NCBI GenBank assembly: GCA_002633005.1
Contig: NMRA01000237.1
Location: forward strand, 372,001-436,000
Origin: Phoronis australis
Taxonomy: Eukaryota; Animalia; Phoronida
Direction of reading: 5' to 3'
Length of the DNA: 64,000 nt
Shown: piece by piece, positions 11,659 through 24,313 of the stretch
Layout: each line of letters begins with the position of its first letter
Numbering within the stretch: the stretch's first letter is position 1
The notes under the pieces: generated by a model
The model's input: the letters and a program-made list of their open reading frames with translations, nothing else
Database searches by the model: none
Told to the model about the DNA's origin: nothing
Translations under genes and position numbers: made by a program

Positions 11659-13464
11659 GTATGCATTCTTCATCATTATAATGACTGTTGTCATTGTGAG
11701 CACTCTGTGTAATGATTGTGTGTAATTATTGCCAGCATTTTCATTATTTATAAGGGCTTTACACATTGGGGACGTAAATGGTGGTCTAACATTCTCTCTC
11801 AGTCACAAGAATTTTAGTGCGAAAAGTGATGTACACTGATCTAAGTTTGGGAAGTACTAACTGTTAGTTTGCTCGAAAAGACTGGATTAGTGAGCGGACC
11901 AAAGTTATTACAGTTATGTAAGTGTAATATGAAAACTTAAGTCCGGATTGTTTTTCTTGACTGCCCTAAAGGTCTCACCAACTGAATTCATATGAGTGCG
12001 GAGTTTTTGGGTTAGTGGAATGTTAGACTGGTCAAATGAGATGGGTGACAGTTTGTGTCAGGAGGATATCATGCTGATCTAAAATATATTCTGTGATCCA
12101 GTCTAGACTAACTCTAATGCGAAAGCAGTTTAATCACCCACGGTGTAATCATGTACTAATCTGATGCATATTCTCAGATGCTCGGGGCATTCACAAAACA
12201 CTATGCTTAGGTCCATCTGCCGCTGAAGAACTTATAAGATTTACCAAAAAATCGTTCCTATATTTTGTTAGTGACTAGTGTGTAGCAGAAATAGAGTAAA
12301 GTCTCAGCAATCATTTGAGTAAATTTGTTATTCACTTTTCCCCTTTATTGTGTCTTAAAAGACATATACTGGCAAGACGTGAATTTTTACTTCCTAAACT
12401 TTTTTTATGAAAATAAGTTGCACTGTTTTAATATTTTTATAGTTCTGTACTGTGTAATTACCATTGACTGTTTGAAAAATTCTGGTTATTGACAACAATG
12501 CTATGAGCCCTTGAAAAGAAAAAAAAAATGCAATTTTGGCATTGATTTCTAATGTAGGTTCGTCTCCTAGTCATGAAATCACCCTATATACTGTGTTTTC
12601 ATGAGCCAACCCCTTACAAAATTGGTTAGGTCACTGAAGTGTCGCTACAGGTACTGATCCGTGTCCATTGTTAATCTTGAAGTCCTGCTCTGAGCTTGTC
12701 ATCCTCGTGTTAAGCTCATTTTTTGTTGAGTGTTCAATTCGCCTGAGGTGAAACGAGGTACACCAAAATAAGTTTTAAATTATTTCTAGAGACTAGAATG
12801 AAATCACGTACCTGGAAAATTGATATTCATTATGAGAGTACTAGTAATTACCGGTCAGTAGGACCTGTTTGGAATAGCACAGCTGTCATCGCCATGTCAA
12901 GGTGATTGTCACATTGTCAGTGGTGATTTGTGGACAAGAAACAGCACTGAGATAAATTGAAGTATGTTAGGAAAGGATAGAAAACACGACATGAAAGAAG
13001 ATTTATACAATCAGCCAACAGTCTTTTAATGCTTTTCTTGTTGAATTTTTGATTTTTCCCCCTAGTAAAAACAATATGAAAGATCATGATAGTGAAGAGG
13101 TGTCATAAATAGTAAAACAGAAAATTGACAGTTGAACTGAAAAAAATGCGTCGCCCACAAAATCACCAACTGTTGCTTCCTGCTTTTGCGATTTTATGCT
13201 ATGTTGTTTTTTCACCACAATGTTAGAATGTCGATTTTGGCAATTATTTTTCTTCAAAGTTTGTGAGATGTCACCTGTTGGCACCGTTACACAGTTAAGT
13301 CGGAACGAAACGCATTTTGAGAACCTGTTTTCTCCACTGAATAACGGGCATCAAACTGTTTCACAAAATTGAGGCACGTTATATCTGATTGTTGCCTCGT
13401 TATACATCGTTAACTTTTCAGTTTAACTCTGTCACAGTCAGGAATTCGAAATTTGTTCCTTCAG

Positions 13465-13637
13465 CAGACACACCTGGTGCGAAGAGAACAGAGGTCTCCT
13501 CAGAGGAGGATCGGAAGTTCGCCCCCATCTTCATCAAGCCCCTCAAGTCCATGACTGTGAAAGTGGGAGACTCCATCCAGCTTTACTGTTCCTACAAGGG
13601 AGAGGGAGACACCTATTGGACCAAGGATGGAGTGAAG
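13465..13637 (+). CDS. Exon: linker plus Ig N-half (APIFIKPLKSMTVKVGDSIQLYCSYKGEGDTYWTKDGVK)
   Basis: Tandem CAGCAG acceptor (start 13465 or 13468), AAG|GTAGGT donor, phase 1-0. Confidence 0.92.
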
Positions 13638-15620
13638 GTAGGTCATTTATGTAATGTTATTTTGATGTGGGTGACTTTTATTATACGTTAATTCTTCACA
13701 AATTGTCAAAAATCATTTTTCAAAGGCCAAGTATATTGCTACTAATAATCAGTTATGCAGCATAAATCGTGCTTGCTAATCCAGAAATATTTTCTGAACA
13801 TTTGCTCTTGTTGAGAATTTTGACTTGAAAAAAATAAAATTCGTCTTTGCAAGGTGAATAGGTGACTGTGCAGTTTTTATAGCATTTTGGCAGATATCCA
13901 TTAGCAACTATAACATCAAAGGATGTAAAAGGATACTAGTAGCATAAAACCATGAAACTGTGCAACAACGATAGTAAAGTAATCATCTAGTAGATGATGC
14001 TATTTATAGACTACATTATCAGGCACTTAACAGCTAGCAAAAGCTTTGGGAGTCAAAAAATAAACAAAATATATGGTCATCTTAGTTGTGAAGCCTGCTC
14101 AGTTTGTAATTTTTTTCTAAGAAAGTAATGCCAGTACGCGAATTACATTGGAAAGTAGGTCCATGGTAAAAGGATTGATTTGGCAGTTTTAACTGTTAAC
14201 TGTGTGTTTACTAACCCTTCCCTTATGGGGGACTCATCACGCTAACATTCCGTAGACCTATGGGGTGAAAATGCAAGGTCACGCAAGACTTCGTGAGATA
14301 TCAACACGCTTTACAACTGAAGCACATGATCGCATCGGTGTCTTAAGTCTATGGGAACACAACAATGGGTTGAGTTCCATAGATGCACGAATCTCACTTA
14401 GGAAGCTAGTGTGATCTCGTGTACTTGGAATATGCGACAATATCTCGCAAAGTCTTCGGTGCTCGTACATTTTCGCAAGAGTATCACTTCTTCGAAATGC
14501 AGACCTGGTATGTGGCATGGCCTCATGGTGTCAAAAATCAATTCAGTTTCTTCAGTGAAGCGTGTAAATTCTTCCTGTCCATGTGTGCATTATTTCATGC
14601 TTGTGGTTCAGGTCACCAACTTTTAACAGGTGTTGACAATAGTTTCACTTACAGTTGAGTTTACCCTATAGTAAATATTGATTCACTGTCCCCATTTACC
14701 TGAGTGTCCTTGTTTGCATTCTTTTCGGGTGATTCCATTATGTGCAGGTTATGATAGACTGTATCACTCAACAAAGTGGAGGGTTGTTATCATGTGGGGA
14801 CTCATGGATGTTACTGCTTAGTCATTGACACACATTCAAAATCCAGACCAACGCAATACAGGAGCACACCTGAAAAGAGGGTGTCCCAAAGTATACTGGC
14901 ACTGCATTCCACAGACCCGAAACACTTGTGATGCGCTTGCGATGAGAAGTTATTTCTATTGAACGTAAACAGCAAATACTATGCTATAATTCATTGTCGC
15001 CAACCAACCACTTCAGTGGTTGCCATTTTTCTAGTATACGCTAGTAAGCTGTGGAGCATATTCGCAAAACACTACCCATTCACATGTAAGATTTTGCATG
15101 GTCTTGCGTCATCTTGTTTTTTTGCCGAGATTCTTGCGTCTACGAAACACATCCATGTTTGTTCAAAAATATGACAAAATAAAATCCATTTTTCCTCCAC
15201 ATTTTGTGCTGAGCAGGTAAAAAACAATCTGTCAGTTGACTCCATCTGGTGTGACAAGAGAAAATCTACGGAGGTTGTCATCAACAAAGCACTAGAGATT
15301 CTGCAGCTTCATATCAAAATTTGTACACAAAAGACATTCATTAAAAGCAGGTGGCACAAGATTTATGACCACTGTGTCTGAAGTCAATAGAAAAATAATG
15401 ACTGGTCAATTCATAGGGTAGCTGATAACATGTGTTAGTTTGTGATAAACTGTTTTTGATCCTTTGATATTTTTACTTCAGATTTTGAAATCAATCTTGT
15501 GGGAGTGATATTGGGTTAGTCTGGAAAATGGGTTAAATTGTATGGAGGAGTCTGGAAAATGGGTTAAATTGTATGGAGTCTGGAAAATGTTAAAATTTGG
15601 CCAGCTTTAGAACCTCATAT

Positions 15621-17312
15621 CTCAGAAATGGCTGATGAAATTCACATGAGACGTTCAGATATTATGCTTTGTGTAATATTCTCAAACACTATTATTTTGT
15701 ATTGTTTTTAAACATTTCAACTTTTGCATGGGGGTTATCTAAAATAGAACATTAATGATTTTCATGAAAAAAAATCAAATGTTGCACAAAATGAAAACAA
15801 TGATACTATAGAAAACTGTACCAGGATTTTTGAAAATTTTTGGTCATGTTACGAATACCATTGTTTTACTATCTGTCAACTTTTCCTTTTGCTAAATTTT
15901 ACTATAAAAAAGCTTGGTCACATGACCCAACTAATGGCAAAAAAGCATGAAAGTTTTGACACATCCACATTGGGGTGTAACAAAATACAGAAAATTGAGC
16001 CAAATAGTGGAATTCGCTTACTTGAGTTGAGCTGAAGTCTGCGAGAGACGGACCCAGCCTCGCCAACTCAAGTAAGCAAATTCCAGTATTTGACTCATTT
16101 TTTTTCAATTAATAGCATATTAGTAAAAAGCCTAGAACCAAATTTTACCATCTTTCTGCTTTCAGAAATTATATACTTTTGCCAAGTTTGAGTTTAAAGT
16201 TTTGTAGGTGTTTGACTAAATGTCCATAACATTCTATATAACCTTGAAATAGCATTAGTTTTCAAAACCTGTTTCGTTCATCTTGACTGGACTTCTTGAC
16301 CCAGTCCATAGGTTAGATGCACTGTTAAATTAAAATTCTGGTTTGCTTTTGCCACAAGACTGCACAACAATGTTTTTTTGTAACCTTAATATTGCTTTTG
16401 TGAATGGAAAACCACCCACTATTGAAACTATAGAATGTAAAGAACGCCCTGCCTGTATTAATGGAANCTCAGAAATGGCTGATGAGATTCACATGAGATG
16501 TTCAGATATTATGCTTTGTGTAATATTCTCAAACACTATTGTTTTGTATTGTTTTTAAACATTTCAACTTTTGCATGGGGGTTATCTAAAATAGAACATT
16601 AATGATTTCCATGAAAAAAAATCAAATGTTGCACAAAATGAAAACAATGATACTATAGAAAACTGTACCAGGATTTTTGAAAATTTTTGGTCATGTTACG
16701 AATACCATTGTTTTACTATCTGTGAACTTTTCCTTTTGCTTAATTTTACTATAAAAAAGCTTGGTCACATGACCCAACTAATGTCAAAAAAGCATGAAAG
16801 TTTTGACACATCCACATTGAGGTGTAACAAAATACAGAAAATTGAGCCAAATAGTGGAATTTGCTTACTTGAGTTGAGCTGAAGTCTGCGAGAGACGAAC
16901 CCAGCCTCGCCAACTCAAGTAAGCAAATTCCAGTATTTGACTCATTTTTTTCAATTAATAGCATATTAGTAAAAAGCCTAGAACCAAATTTTACCATCTT
17001 TCTGCTTTCAGAAATTATATACTTTTGCCAAGTTTGAGTTTAAAGTTTTGTAGGTGTTTGACTAAATGTCCATAACATTCTTTATAACCTTGAAATAGCA
17101 TTAGTTTTCAAAACCTGTTTCGTTCATCTTGACTGGACTTCTTGACCCAGTCCATAGGTTAGATGCACTGTTAAATTAAAATTCTGGTTTGCTTTTGCCA
17201 CAAGACTGCACAACAATGTTTTTTTGTAACCTTAATATTGCTTTTGTGAATGGAAAACCACCCACTATTGAAACTATAGAATGTAAAGAACGCCCTGCCT
17301 GTGTTAATGGAA
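15621..17312. repeat. Near-identical tandem duplication of ~846 bp separated by a single N
   Basis: 15621-16466 versus 16468-17312, with about a dozen substitutions and a 1-bp indel; N at 16467. Confidence 0.95.
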
Positions 17313-17694
17313 TGCAATAAAATGCAGCTCTGGCTTCGGTCTTGATTCAAAGTGATATAAGTTACCTGGTACTTATTAAAAAGGAGAAACTTACGATGGT
17401 AGTGAATATTTAGTTTCAATGTATGGAAAATTCATGGAAAATAAAAAAATTGGTATAAAAACAGTCAAAATGAATAAAACTCAGATTTTGGAAGTCCGGT
17501 CAGGAGTTCTTGGCGGCATTCCAGTTAGTAGGAAAATTGATGTTACTTTTTGTGCGTAAAATAGCAAAAATTTGTGGAAAATGAAAATATTGTTGTGTAG
17601 GTAAACTCCAACCACTTTGGAGACAATATGGCAGACAAGTAAAATTATATTTTCGCATTTTTTGATAAAATATCAGTGGCACTATGTTAAAGTT

Positions 17695-17935
17695 CTGGGT
17701 CCCATTCGAAGAAAACTGACTTGGCTAAGAGCAATCTTAAATTTAAGTCAATTTTAGGATAAAACTTAAATTTCTCACAAGTCCGTTTTAAGAAAGAGAT
17801 CTTAAGTTTGAATTAAGTTTTGTCTTAAATTTTACTAGCCCACCACATGCGGAAGTTTTAAAGTTTGGAATTTGAGACAAATCTTAAATTTAGGTAAAAA
17901 ATTAACTCAAGTCAGTTTGTTGGAACGGGCCCCTG
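17695..17935. mobile_element. Harbinger-like MITE
   Basis: TIRs ctgggtcccattcgaagaaaactgactt / aagtcagtttgttggaacgggcccctg; interior rich in CTTAA; second copy at 23666. Confidence 0.65.
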
Positions 17936-20900
17936 TACCATACCTACACTCAGAAAATACTTTGAAAAGTTGTAGACTTTCACAACAATGTGAGAAGACC
18001 TTGAGTGGTTGAAAATACATTAATTGTGGCAACTAATTTTGTGGGATATTGGTGACTAGCACAGATGTGGTTGTGTATTGTGTTGATTTGTTTGATAAAG
18101 TTGGTATGACAGTCATTGTAATGTAGACCACCATTCTTGTTGGACTATACCCAAGTAACTGGCGTTTAATGACTCCTGTGAAATGTTGACCTGTCCATGC
18201 TGCAGTTACCTGGTGAAATGCCCCTGACAACCATTTAGGGTACTGTACCTCTTAATAACCATCCTCATACATTACTTAAGGCCCTGTCAACCTAATACAT
18301 CAAGAATGTCCAAAGTATTGCAGTTACACCTCCGGATTGGTTTTAACTTTGCAAATATGTCAATTTTGTTCAGCATCTGGACTGGCACAGGCCAAGCATC
18401 TTGCTGACCATGGTTCAAAGAGTTAAAGTTAAAACAAGTAACAGAGAACTGGAAACTGCGCATCTAGTTTGGTTACTTTGATCATATTTCCTTGAGTAAG
18501 ATTGTTCCTAGCCTAAACTTAGCACTAAGAATTCAGTGAAAGTCGAACCATTTGAAAAATCGCCAGTTTTAGTCCAGTCTGTGATATATCAGTTAATTGT
18601 ACGCAATGTTTTATTGCGTTGAAGTCATCTCGAATGTGATAATTGCTGTGTTTTCACAAAGTAACCTTAGCTCAGTATTTCTGATAAACAGGCTTCTTGA
18701 TGTCAGCAGCTCTTGTACAAATCTTAGTATTAAGTTGACAAAATACAAGATGCTGCAAAACAGGCTAATGTCGTGCCTCGAATGCGACTCAATCTATGGG
18801 CATCTTACTCATATTGGACAATACTTAGTTGGTTCCTATTCGGGGTTTCCCATTTTGGAGAACGCACTGACAGAGAACTACTGACCTTGGTGTGCCAGGC
18901 TCCTTAATAGCAGGGCATCTCACAATCATAAATTCATATTACCAAATTGAACCAATTTTCATTACAAGTTTGAGTACTGGACATGAGCATGATTGATACA
19001 CACACGTAGGTTCCAATAGCTTAGTGTTTGGCTATTTTTGTCTCACAAATGGACGTCTACTTGCTGGATAGCATTTTTTATCCATAAAAAACAAAGTTCA
19101 CTGGCACATTAAATTAAAAACGCTAGACAAATTACGTAAATTAAATCAAACAGATCCAGGCCATCTGTTGATCAAATTTAGTCCTTCACTGGCGAAACAA
19201 GGAACCAAAATAAAAAATAACAAGGGCCAGAGTTAAAATTGTCAGGCAGCACCATCTTTTGAAAGTTGCTTTTTTGTTATGGAAGGTGGGTTTGACAGCT
19301 GCTTTAAATAGGACGTTGATAAAATCTCATCAGGACACGATATAGTAGACAAGTGAAATTTTATTTTCTCATTTTTTTCATAAAAAACATGTGGCAATAA
19401 ATCTTAATGCTTTAACCATGATGGTCAAGTTTTGTACCACCAGAAAGTCTTTTGAAAACTGTGGACATTCAATACAATGTGAGAAGACCTTCATGAAAAA
19501 CAAAAAAAAAGGTAATTTTGGGAATTGTTTCTGTCCAATGGTGATGGAGGTTTTACTGTAGGCAATGGTTATAAAGTGTACTGAGTGATGGATTATTTCA
19601 TTACCCGCTCTCTCTGCTCCAACTGGAGACTTCAACTTGACCCAGTTATCACAATATGTGGCTTTAACATAGACACACTTAGGTGATCATATAACATCTG
19701 TCATATTTCCTGCCATTATGAAGTTTTGCTTGGTTTTATGTACTGATAACACCATGGCAATTTTCTTCTCAAATTTTGGAAACAATTTCAAAGCGGTTGC
19801 CGGTGTGTTGCGAAGACTAGGCACAATATATTGACAGCATGAACGTGTCCTTTGTTTCTGAGAGGTCACTACATGATTTTCCACTTTCTGGGCTACCAGA
19901 CTTCTGAAACATAGTGGCATACTTGTTTTTAAAGTTTTTAGACACTTCAACTGTAAATTTATGCATTATTTGCCAGTGTAGACATACCACTGAATCTAAT
20001 CTCAATGAATCTCATTACATTTTAAAACAGCTTTCTGCTTGATAACCTTTAAACAAACTTTACTAATGGACCGTACCTGGTGATATATTACGTAGGTATT
20101 TCTCTAATTTGTCCACGTAAAGAAGGATAAAACACAATATCTTCATTAATTGACAAAGCATTCGCTTGGCATTGTTATTAACACTTTCAACTAAAATGAA
20201 TAAAACGAAGTTCTAGGGTTTCACAGTTTCCATTTAAAGTCTTCAAGATATTGTTTGTTGCACCCAGTCATTCATTAGTTATCATGTAACAACCTGACAC
20301 CCCTTGGGGTTTCCAGAAAATGGACCGCCCTATTATGTGGTCCTATTGAATTATAGAAATGATTGTTTGGTTTCCCATTCAATGATTTATAGGATTTCAT
20401 GCTTTGGCCATTATTTGCGCCAATCAGACATGCAGCAAGCATGCTGAATGCCTAATCATTGACCAGATGAGAACTTGATCTTGCTTGTTGACACCTCTAG
20501 GATATTTATTTGTAAAATCCGGCTTCACACAATATTCCATCAAGGTCTCACAGATGTGATACTCTCTCAAAGCAATGAGGATGTTGCTCTCGCACTCGCT
20601 GGATTTCACGAAGATTTAGACATTCTCCGGGCAGGGAGGGCCATCAGATGTTAAGTGCAATGAACTGTCGTTCAAACTGGAGAGTATCGCTGGTAAGAGT
20701 AGTCTTTTATTTTGTTGGTCTCCTGTGAGAGTTGTCTTGAGCAGATACTTCTTAATCAGTAGGATCGCGTTTCTTATTGATTTTGTAGGTTGCAGGTAAC
20801 AGACTAAATTATGGAGTGTCGGGTTATTGCTGAGAAAGCTCATACAAAGCGTTTGTTTTTGTCGTGCTGATGCAAGCGGAATTCTTCGAGTGTGTCTGGA

Positions 20901-21959
20901 AGGGTGTTGATCCAGCAGTAATTTAATTTGTAGTTCTCAGTGATAGTGTGTAAACGGATTGTGAAATTGTATAAAGACTTCACAGAGGGAGAGTGGTGTT
21001 TAGTATATACATGACCAGAGAAACACATAGACACCCTGTAACCACAGGTGTCCTCAGCTTCTGATCGGGTCCCCAATACATTACATATAATACTACAAGG
21101 TATGACACTCGGGACTAGAAATTACACGGGTGCTTCAATTCAGCCATCCATATCAAGCACAAAACTCAATAAATTTACACAAAACGGGTTCAACAAACCA
21201 TGAGTAATTGTTCTTTCTTATAATGCTATTTAAGGTGTCTTGCTCCGGCGAGTTCGCAAGAAATTTACCGTCAAAGCATAAAAATGTTCCCAAAAAGCCC
21301 AAACACACCTCGCACCGCACTTAAAATATAAAATAGCAAAAGTGGAGTAAGCGGGTCCCTCTTGAAAATGGCTGCCAAAAACCAGTTTTCACTGAATATT
21401 GGCATGATGTCCATTATTCAGTGGAACTGGTTCCCGTTCCCATTTTGAACAGGGATCCATTTACTGCACCCTTCCTGAAAATAGCCTGCCATGGGTTCAA
21501 TATATTGAGTTGTTCGCTAATGTATATCATTGGCTCCAACCTTATGAGCATCATTTTGCCCTTCATTCAACATTTGAGTGTACGCAATACGCTATCTATG
21601 ATTTAAATTATAAATTTTATTCGGACAATAGATATGTTTCTTTTTGTGCCATTCCAATCCATTTAGATATGTTTCTTATCCCAGCCCATTGTGTTCATAG
21701 ATCACTTGGGGTGATTACCATCATTGCTAGACATCAGCTCTCAATATTACAAGTATGTTATAGCCCTGGGGGACGGGATTAATGATAGATATAAAGCAAG
21801 ATGTAAAAGTTCAGTTTATGGATGGCGCTCTTTTGAGGGCTAATCACATGACATAATAGATGGTCATTAAAAACTTGTTTTGCTGCGTAGCGGAATATGA
21901 TTATGGCAGAGCCCTGTCACTGCCTGAAACTCTTGACATACGTAATATTCAAGCAGTTA

Positions 21960-22245
21960 CAAACCAACTTTTGAGTTAGACTATTCACCATTATGTTTGT
22001 TTTGGAATTGGTCCTTTGTCAAAATAGATGTGATTTTCCGGTTTGGAACAACCTGACAGTTTGTTATTGCTCAAGAGCAGACTCTACATGTTGACTTGTC
22101 ACGGTATGTCATTTTGTGAGCCTAGCATTGTCTCGGGCAATAGCGAACTGTCAGTTCTTTGCAAGAGCAAACACCACCTCTCTACTGAGTAAGGAACAAG
22201 TTGAGACCTATTAGTAAGTGGTTTAAATCAAAAGTCCATATCTTC
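21960..22245. mobile_element. Copy of the foldback MITE family
   Basis: Same diagnostic blocks (ctgacagtttgttattgctc...aactgtcagttct...gttgagacc...ttaaatcaaaag). Confidence 0.5.
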
Positions 22246-23665
22246 GCGGCAGCACTGCCTATTGTAACTTCAAGAAGGCTTCAGTTGGCAAATATGAGAA
22301 ATACAGTATGTCCGATCTTCAATTTTGAGGACTAACCTCAGTGTGGTAACGTAGGATTTCTAGCAGCAGTGAACGGACTTGGTAGTTGGTACTTGTGGAT
22401 TTTTGTCTTGATTTTGAGTGACTGTGTAGACATGATGCCAGTAGCATTTTTGACAATTGCTAGGTGACTGGTGATGACTGTCTACATATATAGTAAAATT
22501 CTCCATTTTGGAACAGTTTATAAAATTTAGGATACTGAAATTCAAGCAAAAGTTGAAATTTTATGATCCTGATTGTTGGGGCATTTACCATTTTGGTGTG
22601 CATTGTACAACTCAAATATTGGATGATGCTCTTTGTATCAATAGAATCTGGAAATAGTTTTCGTAATTCATGAAATCGTCAAAAGTTGTTGAAAATTGTC
22701 AACGACGCTACATTTTCCCTGTGGTGTGTGAAATCGTGGTAGTAGTTCATGTACATGAGACCACCAATATTGCATATTTCTGAAGTTTGGTACAGGCTGT
22801 GACCACCTGAGTAAAATGCTTATAAGTTTTCACTGTCCCAAACTGGAAAATTTTTACTGTAATGTTCTTGCTTTGTAGACTAAAAGCGTCTAAATAGGCC
22901 TGTGCAGCCTTGAAATGGTATTAACGGTCATGTATTAAAAAAAATAGATTTTTCCATTATTCTTCATGAAGCACACTACACGTCAACTACTAACAGCTCT
23001 TATCTCTTTGCTCCGTTTTTTTCAGTTTTTGTAACATTACGTTTTTTTTTGTGGTCGCCACCTATTTTGCAGTCGAAAATGGTAGTCAAAAACCTCGGTC
23101 TATGTAGTGTTTGTTGGAAAGTAGACTATGGGGGCAAAGTGGTGGCTACTGATGGCAAATATGAAGCGTTGAACTGATGGTGTTGCTCGTACACCTTTCC
23201 TGCACTGTCTAGTAGTTCAGTGCTGCGCTTTGTGATATTTTTTTTCAAAGAATTGCAATGGAGAGAGTATAAAAGATTTGATATTGATGACCACATAACT
23301 TTCATGACACTGGAACTGGTACAGTTTGGGCACCAAGACCAACTCAGATAATTAGCTGCCTTGTGCCAACATTATCCCTCTGACACATCATCCAGTTTTG
23401 GTTTTGCCTGTATTACGTGGATGTAATTTCAATACTATAATTCACACATTGTTGATTTAATGTCTCTAATTTGATAACTCCTGTTAGGCAGTTTGTCTGA
23501 GCTGCTCTGGTAAAGCTGGTGCACGCCTACGCGCCTGTTGGATTTTGCATTGCCTGGATTTTTGAACTGGATGTACGGTATCTAGTGTTCTCCCTAGTGA
23601 AACCAAACATGGTGTTCTCCCATATTTGAAACTTCAAGCCATGTCAAAAGCTTTGATCAATAGTT

Positions 23666-24313
23666 CAGAGGCCCGTTCCAAGAAAACTGACTAAGCTAAG
23701 ACAAATCAATTAATTTCAGCCAATTTTAAGATGAAACTTAGTTTGTCTCAAATGCGTTTCAGGAAAGAGATCTTAAATTTGACTTAAGTTTTTGACTTAA
23801 ATTTTGTTTCAATTTTGACTTACTTACTGAATGTGGAAGTTTTAAAGCTTGGAAGTTGAGACAAATCTTAGACTTAAGTAAAAAATGAACTTAAAGTAGA
23901 CTTTGCTGGCTAATTCTTATCTCTGTGATTGCTTGACCAAATTAGTTAGAAACACAGCGTATAGTGATGTATAGCAACGATGTGAATATGAAGTAGCTTG
24001 AAAGTTGTCAAATGTTTTTAAGAACGAGTTTTGCGACGAAAATGGCCTGCCACAAATCTTTGAACGGTGTCCAGTAAGTATCATGACGTGGTGCTAGGGA
24101 ATAACACTGCATGATGCGGGCTATGTGAGCCTGGGAGGTACATCATTAGCGCAAAGGTCACACAGAATTTTTTGTTTTCACATTTACAAATTGTCAATGA
24201 ATAAAAATGCACTATTATGTTAAAATACCATTGCCATTTAGTTCCTGCTGTACATTAACTAGTTAGGAGCATGCAAACCTATCTTTAAGTCAGTTTGTTG
24301 GAATGGGCTCCAG
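23666..24313. mobile_element. Second copy of the Harbinger-like MITE, interrupted by a ~400 bp TTAA-flanked insertion (~23891-24288)
   Basis: Colinear with 17695-17935 up to ~23895 and resuming at ~24286. The insert ends ttaaagtagactttgc / gcaaacctatctttaa are imperfect inverted repeats. Confidence 0.65.

Noticed and set aside
18597-18884. 95-aa ORF containing ECDSIYG, reminiscent of a transposase motif
   Set aside because: It is a single short motif with no other catalytic context or TIRs.
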